Of a DNA stretch of 64,000 nt, positions 34,001-45,271 are shown piece after piece. The stretch comes from Flectonema sp. DT1601. Lineage: Eukaryota. The notes under the pieces were generated by a model, which ran no database searches, was not told where the DNA came from, and was given only the letters and a program-made list of their open reading frames with translations. Where the stretch lies: positions 496,001-560,000 of the forward strand of contig OZ025784.1 in NCBI GenBank assembly GCA_964019425.1. Reading direction: 5' to 3'. The position numbers and the translations under genes were made by a program. How positions within the stretch are numbered: position 1 is the first letter of the stretch; the number at the start of each line of letters is the position of its first letter.

Positions 34001-36451
34001 TTAGGCCATGTCAATTGGGAGGTTTGGAACAACTTGTTGAGCCCATTGTCGAAGGCGATGTTCTCGTTGTTGTAGTTTTGAATTCTCAGAAGAGAGTTTG
34101 CAATTATCTGCGGCAAGAGATGCGAGTTCTGGTTTTGTTTGTTCAACTGTAGTTTTATATTTATTAACCATAAGTCTTGATGTCTCATGTTCTGCTTCCA
34201 ATTCAGCTCTCTTGGACAATAGATTCGCAAGTTCTACTTTCGTGGTATCTGCGTCCTTACGCTCTTGACTCAATAGTTCAACATGACGAGATAATTCCAT
34301 TTCTAGAGCAGACATTTGAGAATCTTTTTCTTGTTGAACATTACCAACTGACTGAAGCTGGGCTTTTGTTGTTTCTAAGTCTCGTTTTAATCTATTTACT
34401 TCTCTTTCTTTTGATTCTAATTTATCTTCTAGATCGTGAATGCTGTGCTTCTGTGATCTCATTGAGTCTTCTTGGATTCGTTTTAAATCGTTCCTCTCAG
34501 ATTTAATTTCAAATTTTAATTTCTCAGCTTCCTGAAAGGTTTCTTTTGCCCGTTGAGCAGCTTCTTCTGCCTGAGCGATGGCTTCAGATTCTCGTTTTCT
34601 CGATGCGTTGAGTTGCAGTTCGTGGATTTTATCGAGTTCTGCAAATTGACGAGACTCTTCACCACCTCTGAGCAGGTTCGATTCTTTTTGTTGTTTTTTC
34701 AGTTGGAGGATTTTTGCTTCGAACTCTGCTCTGATGCGCTCCTCTTTCATAGAGCATCGGTGGATTACTTCTTTAACAGATTGTTCTTTTGATTGAAGTA
34801 ACATGCGTTCTTTTTCGAGAAACTCTGTTTCTTTGAGTGAAATCATTTCATCAGCCCATTTTCGATGATCTTCTTCCTTTGAACGAGATGATGTTACTAA
34901 ATCAGAACGGACATCATGCTGTGATGCCAGCTCTCTGATGTGGGTTTCTTTCTCAGTTTGAAGTTTCTTTTGTAATTGTCTAATTTCTAAGAGTCTAGAG
35001 CCCGCCGTGTCTTTTTCTATTTCAATTTGTTTTCGAAGTACTTCTTCGCGTTCTGTGGATTTCTTTTTTAAAAGTTCCTCTGCTCGGCGATGAGATGCTG
35101 CGAGTTCCTGGATTTCAGATTTTACTTCAGCCATCTCTTGTTGATGACTTGACCGTTCAAGAGCAACGGTTTTTTGAATTTCACGAATGTCGTCCATTCT
35201 CTCTTCGGAAAGAGCACGTTCAGCGGCAACTTTCTTTTCAAGGCGTTTTCCTTCTTGAGTGTGTCTCCTTGTGCTTTCATCCATTTCACGTCGATAAGTT
35301 GTGAGAGTCTTGTCGAGTTGTTTATGTAATTCATTAAAACGATGGTCTTCAGACTCAGGTAGTTCCACTAGTTTCTCACTCAAATCTTTTAAATGTCTTT
35401 CCAGCATTTGAATTGACTGATGACGTTCTGAGCTCGTCTCTCGTTCTTCTTCGAGTTGAGCTCTAAGTGTTTCTATGACTGCAGTATTTTGTTTTCTAAT
35501 TATTGTTACTTCTTCATTACACTGGTCTAGTAGACGTTCTCTTTCGTCTTGGGATATTCTGTTTGCTGTGGATAGTTTTGAGTGCATGGCTGCAAGTTGT
35601 GTTTGAAGGTCTCTGATAGTTGTTAATCTGTCCTCAGCTACACCCCATTCTTTCTCTGCTGTTGTTCGAAGAAGATCTTCACGCTCTTTACCATCCGTAA
35701 CAACATTTGTGACTTGTTTTTGAAGTTCCATTTCCTGGATTCTAGTTCGTGAGGCTAACGACCGCTCTCGCTGTTCCCATTCTCTTCGTTCTCGTTTCCA
35801 TGCTTTTAGCTCACCTTCGTGTCGGGAAAGTTCCGCAGCGTATTGTTGTTTTAAATTCTCAAGCTCCCTTTCAGAATGTCGAAGCTTGTCTGTTACTCTG
35901 GCAGTGGATGACATCTCCTTTTGAATATCAGACTGTAGTTGTGACTCTCTCTGTTTCAAGGTATTATTTGTTGTTTGAGTCTGTCGAAGTTGTAATGAAA
36001 TGGATTCGTCTGATGATTGTGATGACCGAACTTCATTTAATTTTGATTGAAGTCTCCTAATGTCGTCTAACCTTTCATCAGCAATAAGTCTTTCATTATC
36101 ACCTCTTCTCCTCTCATCAAGTAGAGCCGCTCTAAGAGAAGATTCATTACCTGTTCCTTGTTGAGTGTTTCGTAAATCATTTACTTGTCGTTGAAGTTTT
36201 CGAATGTCAATCAAACGGTCTTCTGACAGCTGTCTTTGTGATGCCAACTCCGCCTCCAACGAATGGGACTGCATTGGTGTTTGATGAACCGAAGAGTGAT
36301 TCGAATAATGCGACACTTTATTAGCACTGACTACAGATTCTCCTCCATAACCAACACTTGCCTGAAGAGTTCTAGCCTCATGCTCTGCTCGTTTTGCTCT
36401 TTCTCTTGCTCTGTCAATATCTGCAAGTAATTGCTCTTGCTGACTGCTCAT
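34001..36451 (-). CDS. Coiled-coil protein (816 aa) with recurring xxEDRLxDIRxLQ motif
   Basis: Uninterrupted ATG ORF; motif seen about 6 times. Confidence 0.85.
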   Translation of the reverse strand: MSSQQEQLLADIDRARERAKRAEHEARTLQASVGYGGESVVSANKVSHYSNHSSVHQTPMQSHSLEAELASQRQLSEDRLIDIRKLQRQVNDLRNTQQGTGNESSLRAALLDERRRGDNERLIADERLDDIRRLQSKLNEVRSSQSSDESISLQLRQTQTTNNTLKQRESQLQSDIQKEMSSTARVTDKLRHSERELENLKQQYAAELSRHEGELKAWKRERREWEQRERSLASRTRIQEMELQKQVTNVVTDGKEREDLLRTTAEKEWGVAEDRLTTIRDLQTQLAAMHSKLSTANRISQDERERLLDQCNEEVTIIRKQNTAVIETLRAQLEEERETSSERHQSIQMLERHLKDLSEKLVELPESEDHRFNELHKQLDKTLTTYRREMDESTRRHTQEGKRLEKKVAAERALSEERMDDIREIQKTVALERSSHQQEMAEVKSEIQELAASHRRAEELLKKKSTEREEVLRKQIEIEKDTAGSRLLEIRQLQKKLQTEKETHIRELASQHDVRSDLVTSSRSKEEDHRKWADEMISLKETEFLEKERMLLQSKEQSVKEVIHRCSMKEERIRAEFEAKILQLKKQQKESNLLRGGEESRQFAELDKIHELQLNASRKRESEAIAQAEEAAQRAKETFQEAEKLKFEIKSERNDLKRIQEDSMRSQKHSIHDLEDKLESKEREVNRLKRDLETTKAQLQSVGNVQQEKDSQMSALEMELSRHVELLSQERKDADTTKVELANLLSKRAELEAEHETSRLMVNKYKTTVEQTKPELASLAADNCKLSSENSKLQQREHRLRQWAQQVVPNLPIDMA

Positions 36452-36733
36452 TGTGTATAGTAACCTGTAAAGGGAATCACATTACTGACCTTCAATTAAA
36501 TCATTTATATTCAGTCATCAACTACATGTATTTCTATCTGTTTTAAAAGGGTACAATAAAATCTTTTTTATTAATATTTACGTGCTATATTCACTTGCAA
36601 ACTATGACATCTATACAGAAAGTAAATAAATAGGCAATAAGGAACCTGGAAAGGGACCTTGCTTTGTAATAAACGTATAGAGAGAGGGGGGAAAAAAAAG
36701 AGTGAGGAAGGAAAATAAAAAAAATTGATATTG

Positions 36734-39286
36734 CTATTCAAGCAATGTGCTTTTGAATCTTGCAGGTTTCAGGTACCAGTGTTTTTCTCTTATTGGTGGG
36801 ATGTCTCGAGGGTGTCCCGTACAACCTCCACAGACAAGATTGACTGGAGGTAGGTGAGTAGATCTGTGAATAGAATCTGCAGGTCGTATTATTTTGATAG
36901 TTGAAGGCCTTTGGGCCAGTCGATCTGAAATACTTTCCTTATGACCAATGCTGACAAACTGAGACGGTAATAAGATATCCCCAAGAGTTGGTAATTGGGG
37001 TAAGTCATTGCCAATGTCGTTAACAAAAAAACGTTTTGGAAGTTCCACCTTTTGCCTTACATCATCAGAAGGGGAGTACGTTGATCGTACTTTAATTGAT
37101 GTTTTTGATGGAGAGACAAATCCTTTTGAATATCTCGCTAAATCTTCAAAATTTTCAAGAAATTGACTCTCAACAGTAGAAACCGCCGGCATTCTGCACC
37201 CTCGTAACTTTGTTTTCTTCTTTGGAAGTCTGCTATTAGCAAGTGGTGAATGCACATCGATTGTTGGCTCCTGAAAATGAGCTTCAGCATCAGCATGTTC
37301 CATTCCCGTTGAATAAAAAGGAGTTAACAATCTTTCTGTATCAGTCACCGATGGTGTTCGTTTAACGCGGACTGTGACCTCAATAGAACTTTTTGGAGAT
37401 GTTATTTTAAGTACTTGGTTTGCTTGACCTGAAATAATTTCTCTATTGTTGCCAATGAATTCATCGTTTCCGATGTTAACTTCTGTTAATATGCCAGTAG
37501 AAGTCGGTCTGAGTTGGTTATTTGAATGTGACGCTAGTGTTTTTCTAAATTCATCAAAAGGATCAGGACAGGCCAATACCGTAAACGGGTTACTCTTTCT
37601 TATCATACTACCACTTCGAGATACAACTTCTTTCTTTTCGTTGTTTACTTTCAGGTCAAAGTTAGTTAACGGAATTTGCTTTTTATCAAAACCGTCAGCC
37701 TGAAATCTTTTTGCAGTTTTATTTAAGAAAATCATCTGCGTTACTCGTTCTTTTAAATTTAGTATTGATTTTTTTGTTGGTGCTTTTATGGTTATCGTTG
37801 GCTGTTTTTCTTCTATCCTTACTGGAGTGAACCTACCACCTCCAGTTTCGTTTATCATCAGAGATGAATGCGTTGGTCCGACGTTCTCTTGTCCTAGCTC
37901 TAGAGGAAGCGCGGCGGGTGTAGATGGTCGAGTAGAACGAAGATCATCCCCCCAATTTAAACTTTTCCTTCCAATGAATGGACATGGTTCATCCTTTTGT
38001 TGAGTCGAACGCTGTTCTTGCCATTCATCCCAATGTTTTGATGCAAGACGAACTGAGTACATGAAGTCGTAGTTTGACTGAATTTTTTTTGTAACGTCTT
38101 TGCCAATGTCAACGTAATCTTCGGGTTCTATTGTTCGACACCAAACGTCAAAAAATGAAAATGTTGCTTCTTTGAAATTTTCAAATCCCATAAAAAACTC
38201 TCCCTTACTTTCTTGACTCCATTCATTTGTTATGATACTTTCTAACGATGAAGGAGGACGTCTTAAAAAAACTGCCAACATCCTTTTCGCCATCCATGTA
38301 TAAATTTGTCTGTCAATAACGTCGTTGAATGGTTTTGGACACTTCGGTAGTTTCGACCAAATTCTTTTTATCATTTTTTGAACTATTTTGTTGCTTTTTA
38401 AAGCATGTCGCTTTTTTAACGAATCGGGAGTGTTCATGTCGGGATCAGCTTGAAGTATGTAGCTGACTGAAGTCGCTTCTTCAGGTGAAAGCTGCGTCCG
38501 AATTCCTTTTGATTTACAGATTTCGTTAAAATCACTTCTGAGATCAGAAAATCGTTTGAATGACAGCAAGTCACGCGCTCTCGCAATCCACGAGATAATC
38601 GTTTGACATACAACCCATCTTGCTGCGGTTCGTTTTTTTTCCATTGTCAGGTCGTACTGAATTGACATTGCTTCTGAGAAATTTGACACTCGTTCTTCCC
38701 ATCTATGTCTTAGGATTTCACGTGTAAACTTCCAGCGAAGCGCTGCTGCTGATGGTTGGGGAGTACTTCCTTGGAGCTTTAAGACTAGATCAAAAACCTG
38801 TCTAACTGTCACTTTCTTCTTTCCTTTATTACAAAAAGCTCCTTTAACAGTTTTAAAATCAGAGATACGATGAATCGACGCCTTTTTTCGTAATCCTTCA
38901 TCAACAGTTGTTATTTTTATGTTATTTTTTTTTGTTGGTTGTTCAGAAAGTGATTTCCGTCTTCGATTCTTCACTTCCTTCATAAAATTTATAAAATGAT
39001 TAGTTTTCGATAAAATATTACAGACGTCTACAAACAGTAACACTTTATTACCATCAAACGCTTGATTAGAAAGTTCCGTTATTTTGTTATCCCCAGGGTA
39101 TGTTGATTTCGTAGCCTTGTATAGTGATTTTATAAAAGCTTCGTAACCTGGTTTATCTAGAGTTCGAGTCCTCTTAGCATCAACATTTCTAAAAACGTCA
39201 GCTATCATTCTGATGTCTTCGGGATCGAAGTGACGTCGGAGAATCTCAGTCGCATCCGACAGCGAAACACCTGCTGTCGGTCTCAT
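36734..39286 (-). CDS. Hypothetical protein with N-terminal EF-hand-like pair and a second degenerate EF-hand-like region
   Basis: IADVFRNVDAKRTRTLDKPGYEAFI; central EWSQES..FENFKEATFSFFDVW segment; disordered C-terminal half. Confidence 0.65.
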   Translation of the reverse strand: MRPTAGVSLSDATEILRRHFDPEDIRMIADVFRNVDAKRTRTLDKPGYEAFIKSLYKATKSTYPGDNKITELSNQAFDGNKVLLFVDVCNILSKTNHFINFMKEVKNRRRKSLSEQPTKKNNIKITTVDEGLRKKASIHRISDFKTVKGAFCNKGKKKVTVRQVFDLVLKLQGSTPQPSAAALRWKFTREILRHRWEERVSNFSEAMSIQYDLTMEKKRTAARWVVCQTIISWIARARDLLSFKRFSDLRSDFNEICKSKGIRTQLSPEEATSVSYILQADPDMNTPDSLKKRHALKSNKIVQKMIKRIWSKLPKCPKPFNDVIDRQIYTWMAKRMLAVFLRRPPSSLESIITNEWSQESKGEFFMGFENFKEATFSFFDVWCRTIEPEDYVDIGKDVTKKIQSNYDFMYSVRLASKHWDEWQEQRSTQQKDEPCPFIGRKSLNWGDDLRSTRPSTPAALPLELGQENVGPTHSSLMINETGGGRFTPVRIEEKQPTITIKAPTKKSILNLKERVTQMIFLNKTAKRFQADGFDKKQIPLTNFDLKVNNEKKEVVSRSGSMIRKSNPFTVLACPDPFDEFRKTLASHSNNQLRPTSTGILTEVNIGNDEFIGNNREIISGQANQVLKITSPKSSIEVTVRVKRTPSVTDTERLLTPFYSTGMEHADAEAHFQEPTIDVHSPLANSRLPKKKTKLRGCRMPAVSTVESQFLENFEDLARYSKGFVSPSKTSIKVRSTYSPSDDVRQKVELPKRFFVNDIGNDLPQLPTLGDILLPSQFVSIGHKESISDRLAQRPSTIKIIRPADSIHRSTHLPPVNLVCGGCTGHPRDIPPIREKHWYLKPARFKSTLLE

Positions 39287-40261
39287 TATTTATTTTATTA
39301 TTTTTTTATTTTTTTATTTTTTCTTCCCCCCGTTCAAAACCAACTCTGCTAAAGATAAACATTCACAATGTCGGTTGTTTGATTATGAAACAATAACGGG
39401 GATGAAAAAAAAAAAAAAGAGAAAAAAAAATCGGCTTTTACATGTAGCTGTCACATTGTTCGGTGTCAGTGAGCTAGAAAGGACTACATTGCTTGTCACC
39501 TATCTTCTTTTTTGCAATCTCTTACCAGTAAAAAGGTAAGTTAGAAACAGAAGGAGAAAAAGAAAGAAAAAAAAGCATTGAAACCGGGTTAACATTATTT
39601 CTGTCTTCTTTTACAAATAATTGGGCTTTTTGAGGACAAAAAAAAAAAAAAAAAAAAAAATAGAGAGGACAAAAAAGAGCCACATGATATTGCAATTAAA
39701 TCGCGTCAGTCAATTTACAACGTAAAGAAATTTTTTACGCTTTTCGGATTACTAAGATATAAAAAGACTTCTAAATTTTTGTTTTTAACGTTTCAAAGAA
39801 GTTCAACAAGCAGTCAAACAGTGAGTAACTGTTGCCAACATAGTGTTTGCTACGAAACATAAAATCAATTATTATTATTAAGGGTTTCCTCGAAAGACAG
39901 AAATTCTTTCTTTTTTTTAAAAATCAAATACCGAAGTACACTATCAGGTTAGGCTTGCAAAGTGGACCTCAAGGGATTTGTAGAATTCTTTTTTTTTTGT
40001 TTTTTTTTTCCTTTTTCGAAGAAACACATCGTATAATAAACTAACAATAAAGAGGAAGAAGCAAGATAGAGATGGACCACAAAAAATGGTTAAATAAAAC
40101 ACACCAAACCAACTTATATAAGCATGGTGAATGAATTCTTTTTTTTTTTTTTTTCTTTTTCTTTTTCTTTGAATCATGGAATCTAACGTAAAACCAAAAG
40201 CGGTTGTTAAACTAAAAAAGTTGTTTTTTTTTTTTTTTTTTTTTAAATTCAGAAATAAAAA

Positions 40262-42106
40262 TCAAGCCCTGGTACAGAGGAATTGCTTCGAAAACCTGTC
40301 CCTGTGTCTTGCCTTATCTGCAACTCGGTTGGATTGTTTGTTAGATTTTACTTTCTTTTTCCACAAACCAGGTATAAGACTTCCCTTTTTTTTCTTACAT
40401 TGTTTAGCATAAGACGCAATACAATCTGTATCGTGGTAGTCATCATAATAGTACATTGCAAAAGGACTTCGGTAGGAATTGTAAAGGCTGGTTCGAAGGC
40501 GGAGGTTTTCTTCTCGCAGGAGTTTTGATTTTATTATTCGAGAATCAGTTCCGTGTACGTCTTCAATCTTTTGGTCTGCTGCTAAGAAACCGCGATAAGT
40601 CTTTGCAATTTTACTATTTTCACCAGTTACGCTAACGTGCTCTGAATCACAGTCACGTTGAGAACGATAACAATCATTAGGAAAGGGATCCAGCAATGGT
40701 TCAAATTTAGTCAAATGCAGGTAATCAGATCTAATTATTTCATATTTTCCTGGACGCTTGGAGTAAGGATCAACAAGAGACATGACACTGCTTTGTCGTT
40801 CTTTAATGGTTGCCCAATTTTCAATATCGTCAAGGGTCACACCCTTACCATAAGGCATACTCCCTTCTATCACATCTTGACTACTTCTGTTGTAGCCGAA
40901 CCCACAAGGGTAAGACAGTCGTATTTTCGATGCCGAATGAGAGTATCTAGTTGCATCGGACAGCAACTCAAGGGTCAAGGCGACCAAGTCAGATGGTAAT
41001 ACCTGACTAAGACTGTAAGTTGCTATCACTGCTTTTCGTGGAAGTCTCAAACGTTGACAAGCAACTCTTCCACAATGAATTGCCATGTCAGACCCAGATA
41101 GTCGTACGTCAACATTACAACCATTATCAGGATCAGCGTTCAATACGGGAGGTTTATTGAGAATGATATTTGACAGTGGAACGAAAGTATATCTCTCTCC
41201 CCTGGGTCTAATGCGGATTTCATTTATCGATATCAACTTTATATCGCCGGGATGAATAAGTTTCCCATCTGATGTACTTAAATCACCAGGTGCAGTGTTT
41301 AAGTTGATTTCTCTCTGATTAGAAACCCGTTTCGGAACCCAATCAAGTTCAGGTAATTTGTTTATAAATTCATTCTCCGACATCTCCGGGTCAATTGCCA
41401 TAAATCCTCTCAAAGCATATTTTGCCATTCTCAGTGGATAGTGTTTTTTTCCCCTGACAACAACTGACCGTTCATTGGCGACAAGGCAACGTTTGTTGTA
41501 TGAGAATCTGGAACGTCGCGTTGTTAGGACAGACAGACCGTTGAATCCAACAGCTGTCGGTTCAATGTCACATGTTGATAGTACGTGCTCAGGAGAATTC
41601 CAAGGCGCAATTATTATTTGAATATTTCTAACTGGCCATCCAAACCCAATTGTGATTGTGTATGGAGTTCTGACAATAATATGACTAACGTCTTCACCCG
41701 CAGCCGTTAAGATGCTTTCTGTGATTTCTTGGACTTTATCTCTGAATTTTGATTCGTCTGTGATTCCATAAATATATATGTCAACATCAGATTTTTCAAA
41801 TCCCGCAATACTTCCTAATAACGAACTGACCACAGCACCTCCGATAACCAGAACGTTATCCCAATTTAACTCACTAAACAAACCGCTTGTAAATTCATTA
41901 AAATTAATTAAAAAGTCTTCCTTTTTTGAAACGGAATGTCCAGTGTCGGTTGGTCCAACAATCTTCCCCCTCGGGATTACGGTAAACAATCCATCTTCAG
42001 ATGGCTTTTTATTTCCATATATCACCTCGTGAAGGGGACCACATAAAGGTAGAGGATCATAAATAAAACTACCGTAATGCTGGTACACGTCCACTAAGTA
42101 CGGCAT
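40262..42106 (-). CDS. Pol-beta-superfamily nucleotidyltransferase-like protein
   Basis: LNWDNVLVIGGAVVSSL..SDVDIYIYGI (GG + DxD), RNIQII, DIEPTAVGFNG, RMAKYALRGF. Start taken at ATG 42106. Confidence 0.7.
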   Translation of the reverse strand: MPYLVDVYQHYGSFIYDPLPLCGPLHEVIYGNKKPSEDGLFTVIPRGKIVGPTDTGHSVSKKEDFLINFNEFTSGLFSELNWDNVLVIGGAVVSSLLGSIAGFEKSDVDIYIYGITDESKFRDKVQEITESILTAAGEDVSHIIVRTPYTITIGFGWPVRNIQIIIAPWNSPEHVLSTCDIEPTAVGFNGLSVLTTRRSRFSYNKRCLVANERSVVVRGKKHYPLRMAKYALRGFMAIDPEMSENEFINKLPELDWVPKRVSNQREINLNTAPGDLSTSDGKLIHPGDIKLISINEIRIRPRGERYTFVPLSNIILNKPPVLNADPDNGCNVDVRLSGSDMAIHCGRVACQRLRLPRKAVIATYSLSQVLPSDLVALTLELLSDATRYSHSASKIRLSYPCGFGYNRSSQDVIEGSMPYGKGVTLDDIENWATIKERQSSVMSLVDPYSKRPGKYEIIRSDYLHLTKFEPLLDPFPNDCYRSQRDCDSEHVSVTGENSKIAKTYRGFLAADQKIEDVHGTDSRIIKSKLLREENLRLRTSLYNSYRSPFAMYYYDDYHDTDCIASYAKQCKKKKGSLIPGLWKKKVKSNKQSNRVADKARHRDRFSKQFLCTRA

Positions 42107-42217
42107 GGATACTGTATGCTGGGAATGAAATATAAATAAGCAGAACCACATGAATGACACAAAAAGTGTTATTAGAATCCCTGCACTGAATTAATATATA
42201 AAAAGAATAAAAAAAAG

Positions 42218-43025
42218 TTATAAAAATACTAATTGTTCTGCTGTTCTATAAAACACTTTTTGTGATACGTAGGTTCACCTCTTAGGCCTTCATCAGTAAG
42301 TTCTGAGGGACTTCATTCCAGTTTATTAATAAATTGGATGCTCCCTACGTCTTTTTCCTTTGATGGGAAAAGCCGTGCCGCGGTTATCCATTTCCCCGCT
42401 CTCCCTTCCCTCTCGCTCGAGTGCCTGCACTCAGTCTCGAAACCGAATCTGGTCTTGTCGGCTTTTCCGTCGTTCGCCTCCTGGACCGTCCTCCGAATTG
42501 TGTCTACTGTTTCGTCTCCCATCAGAAAAGCTGGTCGTTTCTTCAAACCTTTCAGTACCGGGCTCCTAGTGGACGTAAGGCTTTGTTGCTTCCTACGCAG
42601 TAGTCGGGAAAGGTTCTTTGTTCCTCGCCTTCTAAATGCTTGTGAACCAAGTTCAATCTTAGCATCAGTCCACACATGACGTCAGCTTTCTTCCCGGCGG
42701 CTCTGTCTTTGTGCACTTCGCTACGTGGCCTCTCTACGTCGTCAACCTCCTCGCAGTGCGCGCAGTTCTTGTTTCCCGCCGTCATCGAGCCAGTGTACAC
42801 GTTGTCCAGGAGGCAGTGCTTCACTATTTCGCGCAGGTAGGGGTCGCCCTTTCCTTCCTTCAGGACCTTCAGGGTCTCTTTCCGGTCGAATCATCCAAGT
42901 TCCTTCAGAGTACTCAGGGCGAGGCCGACTGGTCCTCTCGTCGATTCAGTGTGCTCCTGCGGTGTTCCCATACCCTGCGTATCCTCTCAGTTAGCTTCGG
43001 TAGCATTCTGCTGAGTGCAAGAGGT
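42218..43025 (-). mobile_element. Decayed, 5'-truncated non-LTR retrotransposon 3' end with CCHC knuckle and hammerhead-like 3' UTR
   Basis: GC-rich island. Across a frameshift it reads NCAHCEEVDDVE/HVAKC (CX2C..H..C knuckle typical of non-LTR ORF C-termini). 3' segment 42218-42322 has a second copy at 8344-8458. Confidence 0.6.
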
Positions 43026-43029
43026 GATC

Positions 43030-43660
43030 CCTGAACAGTAACACAAGAAAAAATCTCCAATAGTAGTTACACCACACTACTAAGACCTGAAAGGTCAAGA
43101 GAAGTGATTCCTAAACAGGAACGCAACAAATTATTTCCAATAGTAGTTACACCACTGAGACCTGAAAGTGATTTGTGAACAGTGAGACAAGAAATTATTT
43201 TCAATAGTGATTACACCACCGAGACCTGAAAGGTCAAGAGAAGTGAATTGTGAACAGGAAGACAAGAAATCATTTCCAATAGTAGTAACTTGTGATATGG
43301 CTGTGATGTCGGAATTTAAATTACGGAAAGAAATCTGTTGGGCAGCTGTAAGCAGCAAATCACCATGAATACTGATACAACTATCCTCTGTGAATGTAGG
43401 GATGTCTAGGTATAAGTATTCTTCATCGTGGTTTTTGATCCAACGAAGCATCTTCTCACGTTTTCTATCATCAACAAACCAGCTTTTACCGAATAAACGA
43501 AACCGCTTTTTCCACATTCCAACTCGCTGTCTGCACCCACTCAGCTATCCGCAAGCCGCTCACTTTCGCAAAGGGTCTCACCAGAGAACGAGAGTTCAAA
43601 TTCCTCCGCATCAATGACACGGCGACAAACCCCAAATCCCAACACTTCACAAAATCCTGC
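43030..43660 (-). pseudogene. BspA-like leucine-rich-repeat gene remnant
   Basis: VTTIGNDFLSSCSQFTSLDLSGLGGVITIENNFLSHCSQIT repeats with frameshifts; truncated at the retroelement junction near 43030. Confidence 0.7.
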
Positions 43661-45271
43661 ATTGTTTTTGAGTAATTTCCTGAAGGACAAGAAGGTGTTA
43701 TTAGATTTCACAGAACGATCTATATCACGACTCTTTATGAAATGAATAATCCTCCTCTGTACTTAACAGCTGTCATATATGATAATATTATTTAGATAAC
43801 ATGAGATGAATGTAACTGAAAAAGGAAAGAAGCAAAACATTATCAGGTTGACGTACACTCACACAGTCAGAGGCAGACACGCATCCCTAGAAATGGGTGA
43901 ATTCAAATATGGGGGAAGTGATTATTTCTTTTGTTTTTTTTCTGTTTTTTTTTTTTTGTTCTTTTTTGTTCTATTTCGTCCATAACGGGATCCAACAAGT
44001 CTTTCCCCGTTATTTTCCTGCACTTTACCACAATAAGATTCTCTTTTTTTTTTTTTCTTCTTCCCGTAGATCGTATTGTGAAATTGAACAGTATCACAAC
44101 ATAGTGATTAACGTCTCATTATAGATTCAAAGGGTGTGAATCCGCTTGGGGATTTGCACCCCTCTCTTCCCCCCCATTTCTTCTTTCGTTCTTTCTTTAC
44201 TTCTTTGCGCTCTGTTAGTTTCAACACTGTGGTGGGGAATTTCCCTTTGTCTTCCTTTTTTTTTTTTTTTTTTTTTCTTTTGTCCCGCACACTCGAGTAG
44301 ACAAAATCGAATTCCAGTCGGCTTCGTTGAAAGGAAAAAGAAAACGAAAAACGTCGCCGACCGTGACTCCAATTTAACTGGTTTCTGTACTATTGAAATC
44401 CAGCTGCTTTCCCATCTCCCCCCTTCCTCTTTTTCACGTTGCAGGAAGGTGTATCGGAGCAAGCAGCTCTGGTGGGCGAGAACGAGCGGGGGCCGAGGGT
44501 ATTTTTATCCAGCAGCCAAGGGAGAAAAAAGAAACATTGTTTTTACATTAGGGAGGGAACGAGAATCGGAAGTTTGCCTTATTCTCCTTTTTCGGGCATT
44601 TGAAAAGGCACAGACAGACGGGGTTGGTACAACTGTACAGGAAGGAATCAAAAGAAAACGGGGAAGGGCGAAAATGGGGGGTGCCTTTTTTGTTTTTGTC
44701 TTCTGGGTTCTATATTTTCATCTGGGGGGCAGGGGGGGTGGGGGAAAAAAGGAAAAATAAACACTATAAAAAGGGGACATGAATACAGCGGGTTACGGGT
44801 GCCGACTCTACGGCAGCGCAGGGAAAATGAAGCAGCCTCCATTAAGTAATTAAACTAGAAATTGCCTTCCCTCAGAGTGAATGACAAAATAAAAAAAAGA
44901 CTTCATAATTCCTTCTTTAATCACGTTGTGCAATTTTCTTTCTTGAAATCAAATGTCTTTTTTTTTTCTTGTCTTTCAATTTTTCTTACCTATGAATAAT
45001 ATATTTTATTTTAATCTTTTTTTCAATGGGGGGTAAGAACAAAAAACAGCTTATAAAAAGACCCCTTAAATCAAACACAAGTGCTCAGATTAAATAAGGT
45101 AGCCAGAACGAAGAACAGCAGCTGATGGCTAGTCTCTTTTAGGAAAAACGAAAAATTAAGAGATTCGGTGGGTGGTCTTTCATACAACTTCCCCGCCCCC
45201 TTTTATTTCTCTAAATTGATCGTTTTATTATTTTTTTTTTTTTATAGTTTAGTTGTTTTTTCTGTATATTT

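Noticed and set aside
44146..44760. 204-aa plus-strand ORF and similar poly-F/poly-K ORFs across intergenic regions
   Set aside because: Products of homopolymer runs, with no domain signal.
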